From positions 3,296,001 to 3,360,000 of the forward strand of contig OZ240215.1 of assembly GCA_965197585.1 (NCBI GenBank): a stretch of 64,000 nucleotides of DNA. The letters are read 5' to 3'. This DNA comes from Dehalococcoidia bacterium. Lineage in GTDB: Bacteria > Chloroflexota > Dehalococcoidia > Plut-88900. Below are positions 1 to 10,133 of the stretch, piece after piece; within the stretch, counting starts at the first letter, position 1; each line of letters starts with the position of its first letter. The position numbers and the translations under genes were made by a program. Below the pieces are notes generated by a model. It saw only the letters and a list, made by a program, of their open reading frames with translations, ran no database searches and was not told where the DNA came from.

Positions 1-236
1 TCGACGTACGCGTTCTCTACGCCGGGTATGGACTCCACGGCCTCCGTGCACACCCCACCAATGCTCCCGGCCATGGGGCAGCCCTGGGCTGTGAGGGACA
101 TGGTGACCTTGACCTCGCTGTCGCTGATGTCGACGTCGTAGATCAGGCCCAGGTCCACAATGTTAATCATCGGGATCTCGGGGTCATAGATGTCGCTGAG
201 GGCTTCAAGAACGTCGTTCTCGGTTATGGTAGCCAT
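1..236 (-). CDS. DUF59/SufT/PaaD-like metal-sulfur cluster assembly protein (runs off window edge)
   Basis: Manual translation MATITENDVLEALSDIYDPEIPMINIVDLGLIYDV...MSLTAQGCPM; DPE..NIVDLGL and T..GCP motifs; GGAGGA upstream; not in ORF track. Confidence 0.85.
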   Translation of the reverse strand, partial: MATITENDVLEALSDIYDPEIPMINIVDLGLIYDVDISDSEVKVTMSLTAQGCPMAGSIGGVCTEAVESIPGVENAYV

Positions 237-279
237 ATCTCCTCCATTGGGGTCGTACAGGCAATTATAGCCTAATCGA

Positions 280-1086
280 CTACCCCTTCAAAGGCGGACC
301 AATTTTGTGCGCCTGGAACCTCAGCCTTCGGTAGTCGACCACCCACCTGACGCCGTCGAAGAGCGTGGGCCTCAACTCCTCCTCCACTGTGGCGAGAACG
401 GCGTTCTCAATATCATAGTCCAGACCGGCCAGGAACTCCGAACAGAACATCCGAATCCACTCCCTCAGCCCCTCCTCCCCCTCCTTCAGGGGCGTAGGTC
501 TGCTGAAGTGGTTGGCGAAGGACACTTCGAGGCCCCGCTGCTCCAGCAATGCAGAGTATTGCCCGATGGTCGGGAAATACCAGGGGTCTACCTCAGCCCG
601 CGGGTGCCCGAGCCTAGCTGTAAGGGCCCGTCGGAGGGCGGATACGACACTCTCGATGTTCCCCCTCCCCCCCATCTCCGCTACGATCCTGCCGCCGGGC
701 TTAAGGCAACCGGCAATCGAGTCCAGGACCTGCTCAGCCTCCTTGATCCAGTGGAGGGCGGCGTTGGAAAACACGGCGTTGAACCCTTCGGAGAAATGGA
801 AGTCTCTGGCGTCGGCGTGATGAAAGGCGAGGTCCGGGAAGTTCGCCTTGGCGATGCGCACCATGTCCGGGGAGTTGTCGATCCCGACCACCTCAGACCC
901 CGCCCGCGCTATCTCCGCCGCCAGATGCCCCGTTCCACACCCCAAGTCCAGGACGCGCTCTCCCGGCTGTGGGTCCAGCATCTCAACCAGGCTGGTGCCA
1001 TACTGCCAGATGTAGGAGTGGCTCTGTTGGTATTCGGGCGCGTCCCAGGCCTTGGCAGTGGGATGCCCTTCGCCGGATGATGCCAT
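280..1086 (-). CDS. class I SAM-dependent methyltransferase (Tam-like)
   Basis: VLDLGCGTG, FSNAALHW motifs. Confidence 0.85.
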   Translation of the reverse strand: MASSGEGHPTAKAWDAPEYQQSHSYIWQYGTSLVEMLDPQPGERVLDLGCGTGHLAAEIARAGSEVVGIDNSPDMVRIAKANFPDLAFHHADARDFHFSEGFNAVFSNAALHWIKEAEQVLDSIAGCLKPGGRIVAEMGGRGNIESVVSALRRALTARLGHPRAEVDPWYFPTIGQYSALLEQRGLEVSFANHFSRPTPLKEGEEGLREWIRMFCSEFLAGLDYDIENAVLATVEEELRPTLFDGVRWVVDYRRLRFQAHKIGPPLKG

Positions 1087-1116
1087 TGGAGGTCGGTGGG
1101 TCGACCCTTATGGGGC

Positions 1117-2184
1117 CTACCTGATGTCCTCGAAGACCATCTCGTCGTAGGGCGAGCCTTCTTCCCGGAGAGCGGTAAGAGTCGACTGCACCCGACGGCC
1201 CATGGTCCTGCCCAGCATGTGAATGAATCCAAACATGCCATTCATCACTTCTGCGGATGAAGATGAACCTTCGAAGAGGCGTCGGCGAGTTATTCGCAGA
1301 ACGTGCCGGTCGGGTTCCGGGGAAGTGAGCTCCGACTCATCGCCTGACATGTCCGACAGATACTTGGTGAAAAGGGCCAGACTGCCCGAGTCCCGTCCCT
1401 CGATGCCCAATTCCGCCAGAAGTTCCTTGCCGTACTGGAGTGCAACACCCTCGTAGGCTCGCTTGACCAGGTGCGCGGTGACCGGAGTGCCGATTACCTG
1501 CTGCAACCCGACCACCGCCTCCTCTATATAGCCCCTGCCGAAGTTTCGCAGGGCCTTGGAGCGGCGCTCGTCGGGCCAGACTTCAGGATCGAGCTTGGGG
1601 GCCCGTTCGGGATCATATTCGGGCATGGTCGAGTTGGGGTCGAACTGGAAGCGCTCTTCGTCCGTCAGGTCGTGGTCATACTCGTAGAAATAGCCTTCTG
1701 CGTAGGGCTCCCCGTCTCCAAAGGCCTTGGAGAGCACAAACCCGAGCCTGGGGTTGTTCAGACGCACGCCGTTGTACGGGTGCCAGCCGGCAAATATGGC
1801 GCGGCCCATGCGGGGAGGAATCGCCAGCCACGCGAGGCCCGCAGGCCCAAAAGGAGCGTTATATCGGATCCACGCCTTCTTCGGCGACTCCACAAACATC
1901 TCCATGTCTATCCCACCGAGCGCATTGGAGAAATAGTGATACTTGGCGGCTACTACGGCCCCAGGCTCCCTCTCCGGGTCTACGCCCAGCTTTTCAAGAC
2001 CCTGGAGGAAATATTCCTTCTGGTGGTTGTGCAGGACCGTCTCACGCCATTGGACTACGGTGTCGTCGCCCTGCTGGGAGTAGAGGATAGTCGTGATGGC
2101 GCCACCCCAGAGGCCGTATAGCTTGGAGATGAATTCGGCCTGCTTTTGAAGTGGCCACTCAGACGGGTTGGACTCGGGACTCAT
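1117..2184 (-). CDS. hypothetical protein
   Basis: 355-aa protein-like ORF with AAGGAGG RBS, directly after uvrB; no motif recognised. Confidence 0.7.
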   Translation of the reverse strand: MSPESNPSEWPLQKQAEFISKLYGLWGGAITTILYSQQGDDTVVQWRETVLHNHQKEYFLQGLEKLGVDPEREPGAVVAAKYHYFSNALGGIDMEMFVESPKKAWIRYNAPFGPAGLAWLAIPPRMGRAIFAGWHPYNGVRLNNPRLGFVLSKAFGDGEPYAEGYFYEYDHDLTDEERFQFDPNSTMPEYDPERAPKLDPEVWPDERRSKALRNFGRGYIEEAVVGLQQVIGTPVTAHLVKRAYEGVALQYGKELLAELGIEGRDSGSLALFTKYLSDMSGDESELTSPEPDRHVLRITRRRLFEGSSSSAEVMNGMFGFIHMLGRTMGRRVQSTLTALREEGSPYDEMVFEDIR

Positions 2185-2215
2185 ATAGATTGCCTCCTTG
2201 CGAATTTAGAACGGA

Positions 2216-4285
2216 TTATTTTCGGGGGCGCTTGGCCCGCTTGGCTTTGAAGGAACGTGTGCGGATACCCTCTTCGACCTTGGCATCCTCATCCAGTACC
2301 AGGGCTTTTCTCAGATCGAGAACCTGGTCCCGGAGAGCCGCGGCCTTTTCGAACTCCAGGTTACGGGCGGCCACTTTCATATGGGTCTCCAGCTCTTTGA
2401 CCAGACGCAGAAGCTCGCCCCGAGGCACTTCCTTGTTGATTGTGTACGTCGCTCGCTCCTCGGCGATAGCCTTGACGCGGTCGGTGATGTCCTTGATCTC
2501 CTTCTTTATGCCCTGGGGCTCAATGTTGTGCTCCTGGTTGTAGGCTGTCTGGATCTCCCGGCGGCGATAGGTCTCGTCGATTGCCTTCTGCATGGAATCG
2601 GTAACCCTGTCGGCGTACATTATGGCCCGGCCTTCAATGTGGCGCGCCGCCCGACCCATTGTCTGTACTAGCGCCCCCCAGGAGCGGAGATACCCCTCCT
2701 TGTCGGCGTCCAGGATGGCGACCAGGCTGACTTCGGGGAGGTCCAGGCCCTCGCGGAGCAGGTTGATTCCTACCACTACGTCGTATATGCCGAGCCGCAA
2801 GTCCCGGAGAATCTCGCTCCTCTGAAAAGTGTCGACTTCCGAGTGGAGGTAGTGGGTCTTGACGCCCATCTCAAGCAGGTAGTCGGCTAGCTCCTCGGCC
2901 ATGCGCTTGGTGAGGGTTGTGACCAGGACCCGCTCCTCCCGTGCGACGCGGGTCTTGATCTGGTGAATCAGGTCGTCTATCTGTCCTTCAGTGGGCTTAA
3001 TCTCAATTGTCGGGTCCACGAGGCCCGTGGGCCTGATGACCTGCTCTACGAACTGGCTGCTGTGTTCGTATTCATAGGGGCCGGGGGTCGCCGAGACGCA
3101 GATCATCTGGTTAATGTGCCGCTCGAACTCCGCAAAGTTGAGTGGTCGGTTGTCCAGCGCCGAGGGCAGACGGAACCCGAAGTCTACCAGCGTCTGCTTC
3201 CGGGCAATGTCTCCGTGGAACATGCCCCGGATCTGAGGGAGAGTCATGTGTGACTCGTCTATCAACATAAGGAAATCATCAGGGAAATAGTCGAGCAGTG
3301 TCCACGGCGTGCTGCCGGGTGCCCGCCGAGCCAGGGGCCGGGAGTAGTTCTCGATGCCGGAGCAATAGCCGGCCTCTCTGAGCATTTCCAGGTCGTAGTG
3401 GGTGCGCTGTTCGAGTCGGGCTGCCTCCAGGGGCCGGTCCTGGGACTTAAACCAGTCCACCTGGGCCTGGAGCTCTTCTTCGATGTCGCCGAAGGCTGCG
3501 TTAAGCTTTTCGGTGGAGGTGACGAAGTGCTTGGCCGGGTAGATGTCCACCCACTCCCTCGCCCCGAGAATCTCACCCGTCAGCGGGTCCACCTCCACGA
3601 TGCGCTCGATCTCGTCTCCCCAGAACTCTATTCGGATTGCTATCTCTTCGTAGGCCGGCTGGATTTCCAGGGTGTCGCCCCGGATGCGGAAGCGACCCCG
3701 GGTGAAGTCCATGTCGTTGCGCTCGTACTGCATGTCTACCAGGTGCCGCACCAGCTTGTTCCGGTTTCGCGTCTCGCCCTTGTGGATGTTGACGACGAAG
3801 GAGTGATATTCCGCCGGATCACCGAGACCGTATATGCAGGAAACCGAGGCCACTATCAGCACGTCCCGCCGGCTGAGCAACGACCTCGTGGCCGCATGCC
3901 TCAGCTTGTCGATCTCTTCGTTAATGTCTGCGTCTTTTTCTATGTAGAGGTCGTTACGGGGTATGTAGGCCTCTGGCTGGTAGTAGTCATAGTAGCTGAC
4001 GAAGTATTCGACCGGGTTGTCGGCGAAATACTCCTTGAACTCGGTGGCCAGCTGTGCCGCAAGGGTCTTGTTGGGGGCCATTACCAACGTAGGCCGCTGG
4101 ACCCGCTCCACAATGTTGGCCATGGTGAAGGTCTTGCCGCTGCCCGTCACTCCGAGCAAAGTCTGCGTCTTCATCCCCGACTCAAGCCCCGCGACAAGCT
4201 GGTCCACCGCGTGGGGCTGATCGCCCATCATGCGGAAGTCGGAGGTGATTTTGAACCTGTTTTCTACGGCTGTTGTGGTAGTCAA
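2216..4285 (-). CDS. uvrB: excinuclease ABC subunit B
   Basis: [26 protein letters not shown]-terminal UVR motif FEKAAALRD. Confidence 0.98.
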   Translation of the reverse strand: MTTTTAVENRFKITSDFRMMGDQPHAVDQLVAGLESGMKTQTLLGVTGSGKTFTMANIVERVQRPTLVMAPNKTLAAQLATEFKEYFADNPVEYFVSYYDYYQPEAYIPRNDLYIEKDADINEEIDKLRHAATRSLLSRRDVLIVASVSCIYGLGDPAEYHSFVVNIHKGETRNRNKLVRHLVDMQYERNDMDFTRGRFRIRGDTLEIQPAYEEIAIRIEFWGDEIERIVEVDPLTGEILGAREWVDIYPAKHFVTSTEKLNAAFGDIEEELQAQVDWFKSQDRPLEAARLEQRTHYDLEMLREAGYCSGIENYSRPLARRAPGSTPWTLLDYFPDDFLMLIDESHMTLPQIRGMFHGDIARKQTLVDFGFRLPSALDNRPLNFAEFERHINQMICVSATPGPYEYEHSSQFVEQVIRPTGLVDPTIEIKPTEGQIDDLIHQIKTRVAREERVLVTTLTKRMAEELADYLLEMGVKTHYLHSEVDTFQRSEILRDLRLGIYDVVVGINLLREGLDLPEVSLVAILDADKEGYLRSWGALVQTMGRAARHIEGRAIMYADRVTDSMQKAIDETYRRREIQTAYNQEHNIEPQGIKKEIKDITDRVKAIAEERATYTINKEVPRGELLRLVKELETHMKVAARNLEFEKAAALRDQVLDLRKALVLDEDAKVEEGIRTRSFKAKRAKRPRK

Positions 4286-4340
4286 GGCGCGGTCATTCTA
4301 GGCGGTTCAGTCAGCGAATGTAAAGGTGAAGGCAGGGGCC

Positions 4341-5654
4341 CTACGCGAAGATGCCCGGTATGCCTTCCGGGGGCCGGGTCCCGATTGCCCCCTCAGCTTC
4401 CAGCGAGTCCGCATAGCTGGGTTCGACTCCGGCCAGCTCTTCAAGCACGTAGCGGTTATGCTCACCCATGAGAGGCGCAGATCTGATAAGCGTTCCGGGA
4501 GTCTTGGAGAGAAGGACCGGCGCTCCTGAGAATGGCATAGTTCCCGAGGCGGCATGTGGGGTGTCCCAGAAATATCCCCGCTTGTTGAGCTGCTCGTCCT
4601 CCACAACGTCCTGGTTCGTGTAGACCGCCGCCGCCGTGACCCCGGCCCCCTGGAGCCGGTGCATCAGGTCTTTGTAGTCCTCGTTCGCGGTCCATTCCGA
4701 GATATGTATGTCAATGTCGTCTTGGTGCTGCCACCGGCTTAGCTGGTCCTGGAACCGAGGGTCGGAACTCCAGTCAGGGTTCCCGGCAACCTCACACAGT
4801 GCGCCCCACTCTTCGTCGTTCGTTACCGCTATGGTTACCCAGTTGTCTTCGCCCTTGCACCTGTAAGCGTTGTGCGGAGCGTAGTAGGCGTGGTGATTCC
4901 CCATCCTGACTGGATGTTCCCCGGTTAGCTGATAACCGAGCAGCGCTTCCCCGATCAGGCTGGCTGCCGCTTCGTTCTGCGACAGGTCTATGAACTGCCC
5001 CTTGCCCGAGCGTCGCCGGTAGTACAGTGCCGTTAGAATAGCGGCAACCGCGTTTACGCCGGCGTTGGGGTCGGGATACGCTTCCCCGGACTTGTAAGGG
5101 ACAGGGCCCGGGTACCCCATCATGTTTGCATACCCCGCGGTCGGCTCAATGTTTGTACCGTAGCTAACGTGGTTGCGATGCGGGCCCGTGGCCCCGAATC
5201 CCGGCATCGTGACAAATATGATCGCCGGATTGAGCGGGCGTATCGAAGGATAGTCCAAGCCAAAGTTTCGCATCACTCTGGCGCTGTAGTTCTCCATTAC
5301 GACGTCAGCAATGGGTATAAGTCTCTTGGCCAGCTCACGGCAATCGTCGCGGGAAAGGTCCAGCGTGAGGCTCTTCTTGTTTCGATGATATTCGTTAAAA
5401 ATGCCGTATCGATTGTAGGGTTGGTCTCCGGGATCATTGTCAGGGTAAACGGAATGAGCAACCTTAGCGTAGTCCTTTGGGTCTTCCGGCGTCGGGACCT
5501 CTGCCGCCCCCCGACCGTATAACGACTCGATCTTGATTACCTCAGCCCCGAGGTCTGCTAGGAATCTCGCCCCGATCGGCCCCGACCACCCACTTGTGAA
5601 GTCCAGCACCCGGAGCCCTTCTAATGCACGCCCTTTATCTGCGGGATAGCTCAT
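4341..5654 (-). CDS. CoA-transferase family III (CaiB/BaiF)
   Basis: LEGLRVLD, LADLGAEVIKIE, RNKKSLTLDL, APLMGEHN. Confidence 0.92.
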   Translation of the reverse strand: MSYPADKGRALEGLRVLDFTSGWSGPIGARFLADLGAEVIKIESLYGRGAAEVPTPEDPKDYAKVAHSVYPDNDPGDQPYNRYGIFNEYHRNKKSLTLDLSRDDCRELAKRLIPIADVVMENYSARVMRNFGLDYPSIRPLNPAIIFVTMPGFGATGPHRNHVSYGTNIEPTAGYANMMGYPGPVPYKSGEAYPDPNAGVNAVAAILTALYYRRRSGKGQFIDLSQNEAAASLIGEALLGYQLTGEHPVRMGNHHAYYAPHNAYRCKGEDNWVTIAVTNDEEWGALCEVAGNPDWSSDPRFQDQLSRWQHQDDIDIHISEWTANEDYKDLMHRLQGAGVTAAAVYTNQDVVEDEQLNKRGYFWDTPHAASGTMPFSGAPVLLSKTPGTLIRSAPLMGEHNRYVLEELAGVEPSYADSLEAEGAIGTRPPEGIPGIFA

Positions 5655-5660
5655 AAGCCC

Positions 5661-6863
5661 TCAAATGATGTTGCGCTCTCGGAGGCGGACCAGTTCCTCT
5701 TTGCTTAATCCCATGTCACCACAGTAGACGTCCTCGTTGTGCTCACCCAGCAGCGGAGCCCGAGTAACTTGCCAGGGCGTCTCGTCCATCTTGAACGGGG
5801 CGCCGGCGTACAGTTGCCGACCCGCCAACGGGTGTTCCAGTGCGACCCAGTAGTCACGGGCACTCAACTGCACGTCCTCAAATAACCGCCCGAATGTGGG
5901 CACGTACGTGACTGGAATGCGGAGACTTTGACCTACGTCAACCACCTCGTCCATGGTGTGTTGCATAAGCCAGGCTTCCAAGATTTCGTTGTATTCCTCT
6001 TTATGGTCCCAACGCTGGTCCGCGGTGGAGAAGCGGGGATCGCCGATAAGGTCGGGCCGCTCCATTAGAAGGAAAAGGTTCTCGCTGTGATGGGGCATTA
6101 CGCTGCTTATGGACACCCACCCGTCCTTGCACGGGTACATGGTCAGCGGATGCCCCCCGACTGGATAGTCGTTCCCAGCTCGAATGTTCTTGGCTTGAAC
6201 ATGGGTCCAGGTCGTGATGGAGAACTCGTGGTAGTAGGCCATCGCCTCCATAGCGGACACGTCGACGTGCTGGCCTTGGCCGCTCGAATCACGCCAGTAA
6301 AGAGCGGACATCACCGCGTCGAAAGCGTGTATGCCTGCCGTGTATTCAGGCTGAAATCCTGCCCCGACCAACGGCTCTCGGTCTGCCTCACCCGTCTGGT
6401 GCATCTGCCCGGTGAGTGCATAGCCCACCATGGAGTTGCCCTTGTAGTTCTTGTACGGGCCGGTCTGACCGAAATACGAGATGGAAGCCAGCACGACTCC
6501 CGGGTTGATCGACTCCAGCACCTCGTAGCCGATTCCCTTGTCCTCCATTGTGCCCGGAGTGTAAGTCTCCACGACAACGTCAACGGACGGTATCAGTGTC
6601 TTGAGCGTCTCTGTGCCTGAAGTAGTGCCTAGATTTAGAGTTATGCTCTTTTTGTTCGTGTTCAGGTAAAGATATGTGGCGCTGGTTTCGGGATCTGGAA
6701 GATGGTCCAGAAATGGGCCCATCCTGCGGGAGATGTCCCCGCCTGCCGGGTCCTCGACCTTTATGACCTCCGCCCCCATGCAGCCGAAAAGCTTGGTGCA
6801 GTATCCCCCAGCGACACCCTCGCTCAGGTCCAGGACGCGAAGGCCTTCCAGGGCTCTGTCCAT
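5661..6863 (-). CDS. CoA-transferase family III (CaiB/BaiF)
   Basis: LEGLRVLDL, GAEVIKVE, NKKSITLNL, APLLGEHN. Confidence 0.92.
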   Translation of the reverse strand: MDRALEGLRVLDLSEGVAGGYCTKLFGCMGAEVIKVEDPAGGDISRRMGPFLDHLPDPETSATYLYLNTNKKSITLNLGTTSGTETLKTLIPSVDVVVETYTPGTMEDKGIGYEVLESINPGVVLASISYFGQTGPYKNYKGNSMVGYALTGQMHQTGEADREPLVGAGFQPEYTAGIHAFDAVMSALYWRDSSGQGQHVDVSAMEAMAYYHEFSITTWTHVQAKNIRAGNDYPVGGHPLTMYPCKDGWVSISSVMPHHSENLFLLMERPDLIGDPRFSTADQRWDHKEEYNEILEAWLMQHTMDEVVDVGQSLRIPVTYVPTFGRLFEDVQLSARDYWVALEHPLAGRQLYAGAPFKMDETPWQVTRAPLLGEHNEDVYCGDMGLSKEELVRLRERNII

Positions 6864-7333
6864 CAGTTCGCGCTTCCCGCTGCAGCGGGAATGCTCGCCT
6901 TCCCTACTATGACTTTTTCGCCAAGCTGGTTTTCGATCCAGGTGTCGAAATAGATGCGGTCGTCGGACTCGCCGTCTTTGGACTCTCGGACGATGGCTCG
7001 GATTTCGAGTGTATCGTCACCGCATACCATGTTCGTAAATGTCACCGACAGGAGGCCACCCTTGTCCCAACTCTCGCCTAGTTTGTCGTGGAATAGGGAC
7101 CAAATGTAGGGCATGGTCTGAACCCCAGCCGCAACTACGCCTCGAAAGCCGTATGACTGCGCCGTCTCCTCGTCGTTGTGTATGTTCTTCTTGTCCGTGG
7201 GCCGCCCCCCGACCTCCGTGCCCCGGTTCGTGTAGAAGAGCACTTCCTCTTTTGAGAGGATGCGGGTCACCGGCGGCAGTTCCATGCCGGGTGTGAAGTC
7301 TCTCGGATCGGTCCCTTGGCTGTTGATAGACAT
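6863..7333 (-). CDS. MaoC-like hotdog-fold dehydratase
   Basis: NIHND..A...GF.GVVA.G motif. Confidence 0.8.
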   Translation of the reverse strand: MSINSQGTDPRDFTPGMELPPVTRILSKEEVLFYTNRGTEVGGRPTDKKNIHNDEETAQSYGFRGVVAAGVQTMPYIWSLFHDKLGESWDKGGLLSVTFTNMVCGDDTLEIRAIVRESKDGESDDRIYFDTWIENQLGEKVIVGKASIPAAAGSAN

Positions 7334-7340
7334 GTTTAAC

Positions 7341-7736
7341 CTACAGATCTATAAGCAAGACGTTCTTGCTCTCGACTATTTTATTCCCGTCCTCGTCAAT
7401 CGTTTCCGATTCGATGATCAGGAAGTCCCGGCCCCTTCGGTTGTATTTGTCGCTGAACCTGCCCGTCACGGTCATCTGCTTACCGACCCTCGGCGGATTG
7501 AGATAGTGGTGCTCCGCCTTGGCATGAACCGCCTCTTTGGTAGTGAAATCTGAGATCCACAGAGGAACGTAGTCGCTGTCGGTAACGCAGGCCGGGGCTA
7601 TTTCATTGCCCGACGCATCTGTTTCAAGCGAGTCCTGGCCGATATTGCGCGCCGCAAAACGGGCCGCTTCCCGGGTGAGTACGTAGGTGTGAGGACGGCA
7701 TGTTTCGCCCACCTGGGCTTCTTCGAGGGGTCTCAT
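7341..7736 (-). CDS. hotdog-fold (MaoC-partner) protein
   Basis: VHAKAEHHYLNPPRVG...KYNRRGRDF; start moved to MRPLEE because the longer ORF overlaps tRNA-Gln. Confidence 0.65.
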   Translation of the reverse strand: MRPLEEAQVGETCRPHTYVLTREAARFAARNIGQDSLETDASGNEIAPACVTDSDYVPLWISDFTTKEAVHAKAEHHYLNPPRVGKQMTVTGRFSDKYNRRGRDFLIIESETIDEDGNKIVESKNVLLIDL

Positions 7737-7885
7737 GTTATAGCGGTGCGCCCTTCTCAAGTTGCATATCTGGAGGCCGGGCCAAATGCTAGCATCGCGG
7801 TGATGGTGCGTCAACGGGTGACTAGGGCCTGGATAGCGGGTTCGGGTTATAATCTCACCGGCCGCGCATAGGCAGCGGCCAAAGG

Positions 7886-7959
7886 TGCCGAGTGGTGTAG
7901 TGGTAGCACACGGGACTTTGAATCCCTTAGCCCAGGTTCGAGTCCTGGCTCGGCAGCCA
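7886..7959 (+). tRNA. tRNA-Gln(UUG)
   Basis: Acceptor stem TGCCGAG/CTCGGCA, anticodon loop CTTTGAA, GGTTCGAGTCC T-arm, encoded CCA; TATAAT upstream. Confidence 0.95.
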
Positions 7960-7971
7960 ATTGGTGCATAA

Positions 7972-8445
7972 CTAGGGTGTACCATTGCCATGTATTTCGG
8001 ATGCGCATTCCTGTTGGTGGGGTACTGATGTCCAAGGATTTATCACATCTATTCCACATCCTCTAAACCCACTCTCATCCCTGGTAGCAATTGATGCACC
8101 TGCGGACCGGGCTATAGCTGCGATCTGGCAGTCCGCTTGGCTTATCGGGAGTCCGGCGGCACGGCGGACGGATGCGATAAGGGCGTAGGTCCGAGCGGCC
8201 TCACTGTCAAAGGGAAGAATGCGATCTGCGAAGTCCCATTTGAACATCCCGTCAATTTGGACAAGCAACCTCTCTTGGCGGGTACCGGTTGGCAGGATTG
8301 CAATGCCATAACGCAATTCAGCTTCACTGATAGCCGTAACGTAAAGGCTGTCCGCAGGTTGACCAGCGACCCATGCGATCACCTGAGCGCTGGGTGTTGG
8401 ACGGATGATCTCCGAGATTACATTAGTATCAAGGATGATCATCAC
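7972..8445 (-). CDS. vapC: PIN-domain toxin (VapC/FitB-like)
   Basis: IILDTNVISE, ADCQIAAIA, ATRD, VINPW. Confidence 0.92.
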   Translation of the reverse strand: MMIILDTNVISEIIRPTPSAQVIAWVAGQPADSLYVTAISEAELRYGIAILPTGTRQERLLVQIDGMFKWDFADRILPFDSEAARTYALIASVRRAAGLPISQADCQIAAIARSAGASIATRDESGFRGCGIDVINPWTSVPHQQECASEIHGNGTP

Positions 8446-8452
8446 GGTGACG

Positions 8453-8704
8453 TCAGTCGAACCTTGGGGGTTCTCGCATTGCTTCCCTAGGCGGTATTTC
8501 TAGTTCGACTCCACCAAGAGGCTCGAATCGAGCCCGTATGGCCGCAGCTAGATTCTTAGGTAAAGGAGAGTCTGCGGTAAGGCCGGTTCGTAAGATGTTT
8601 CGGGCTTCCTGCTCCATGGAATTGCCGTTTTCGGCGGCCCTAATTCGAAGCCGTCGTTTTACGTCTTCGTCCAAGTTCCGGATCGTAATGCTGGCCACCA
8701 CCAC
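8453..8704 (-). CDS. RHH antitoxin (FitA/StbC-like)
   Basis: ASITIRNLDEDVKRRLRIRAAENGNSMEQEAR, directly upstream of PIN toxin. Confidence 0.9.
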   Translation of the reverse strand: MVVASITIRNLDEDVKRRLRIRAAENGNSMEQEARNILRTGLTADSPLPKNLAAAIRARFEPLGGVELEIPPREAMREPPRFD

Positions 8705-8802
8705 GCCTTCTTTCTAAGAGGATCGGTTGTATAGTAGCATGATTGCATTGCAATCACTACTGCTGGGTTAAAGTCAGCGTCTGGAGCCAGAGTGATCAGG
8801 AA

Positions 8803-9984
8803 CTAGTTGAATTTATAGACCCGGGCAGCGTTTTCGCAGACGATTTTTCGGACTACCTCTTCCGGCAGGTGCCCGAGCCCCTCTTGGATCGCCTTCCGGG
8901 AGTCGGGGAAGACCCCGTCCTGGTGCGGGTAGTCGGAACCCCACATGATGTTGTTGACTCCTATACGTTCGACTTGGTCCAGGGAAACGAGTTCCTCCTG
9001 GAACGTCGAATAACCCTGACGCCTCCAGTAGTCGGTAGGAGCATGAGGAAGCTCGAGATGGAAGAGGTGGTCTCTGTATTCGTTGTCAGTGCGCTCAAGC
9101 ACGTAGGGCAGCCACCCTATACCACACTCCCCTAGTACGAAGTTGAATCCCGGATATCTCTCGCAGGCGCCAGATAGAAGGACGCTCACCAGGAACTCCG
9201 CCCCTGATAGCTGAAACAGGATATACAGGAGGCCCGTGTCCACCCACTCGTACTTTTTCTGCTCCGCCGCGTTGGTCTTGGCATAGCTCAAGCCGATGCT
9301 GTGGAAGGAGATGGGCATTTCGCACTCGGCAGAGGTGTCCCAAAGCACGTCCCAGTCCTCGTGATAGATTGGCTCTATCATCTGGGATACGTTGATCTCC
9401 GCACCCTTCAGCCCCAACTCTGCCGCTCTCCTCAGCTGCAGCGCCGAGACCTGGGGGTCGTGGGACGTGATGCAGGCCAGACCAGCCAGCCTCTGTTCAT
9501 AACCCGTGACAAGCTCAGCGACGTACTCGTTGTATACGTCGTATATGGTTGTTAGGGTTTCCGCCTCGGGACCGGGGGTGGTGACCATGCCATCGCCTAA
9601 TCCGAGTACACCCCCGCCTATGCCGAGTATGCCGTAGATGACCTCGGCGTCAATTCCGTCGATGTCCTGGTCCTTAACGCGTAGCTCGGGGTCCGCTGGA
9701 TGATAGATGGCATTGGAGACCCCTTCGAAGAATCCCGCTTTCGCCATGCGGTCGAGGCGGACGTCTTCACCGGACACGTAGGCTTGGCCTACTTGAATGC
9801 CTGCGCTGCCGAAGCCTACGGCGCAGAACTCCCGGCCCTGTACGAACCAATAGTCGCCGCGGTCCAGCGTTTGGACGTTCGGCATGTGAGGTTTCTGAGA
9901 CTCGGGGGCCCGTGAAACGAACAGATCAGGGGGCAGCCAGTGCAAGTCCAGGTGTGTGTCTGCAGAAATAATCTTGTAGGCCAT
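8803..9984 (-). CDS. amidohydrolase-2 family protein
   Basis: ISADTH, ISFH, GECGIGW, MWGSDYPH. Confidence 0.9.
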   Translation of the reverse strand: MAYKIISADTHLDLHWLPPDLFVSRAPESQKPHMPNVQTLDRGDYWFVQGREFCAVGFGSAGIQVGQAYVSGEDVRLDRMAKAGFFEGVSNAIYHPADPELRVKDQDIDGIDAEVIYGILGIGGGVLGLGDGMVTTPGPEAETLTTIYDVYNEYVAELVTGYEQRLAGLACITSHDPQVSALQLRRAAELGLKGAEINVSQMIEPIYHEDWDVLWDTSAECEMPISFHSIGLSYAKTNAAEQKKYEWVDTGLLYILFQLSGAEFLVSVLLSGACERYPGFNFVLGECGIGWLPYVLERTDNEYRDHLFHLELPHAPTDYWRRQGYSTFQEELVSLDQVERIGVNNIMWGSDYPHQDGVFPDSRKAIQEGLGHLPEEVVRKIVCENAARVYKFN

Positions 9985-10030
9985 TATGGTTCCTTTCGGT
10001 CTTTTCCAATCGGCCCTTCAATGCCTGGGG

Positions 10031-10058
10031 CCAGGTTCGAGTCCTGGCTCCGCATCCA
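10031..10058 (+). repeat. degenerate copy of tRNA-Gln 3' end (att-like)
   Basis: 26/28 identical to 7932..7959. Confidence 0.8.
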
Positions 10059-10133
10059 ACCCCCACCGACAAACGAACGCAGTGAGCTTAAGCGCCTTCC
10101 GCCGGCTCCCACTTTTCGTTCACTACTTCCGCC

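Noticed and set aside
7737-7991. N-terminal extension of the 7341..7991 ORF
   Set aside because: Runs antisense through tRNA-Gln; the start at 7736 gives a normal hotdog-size protein.
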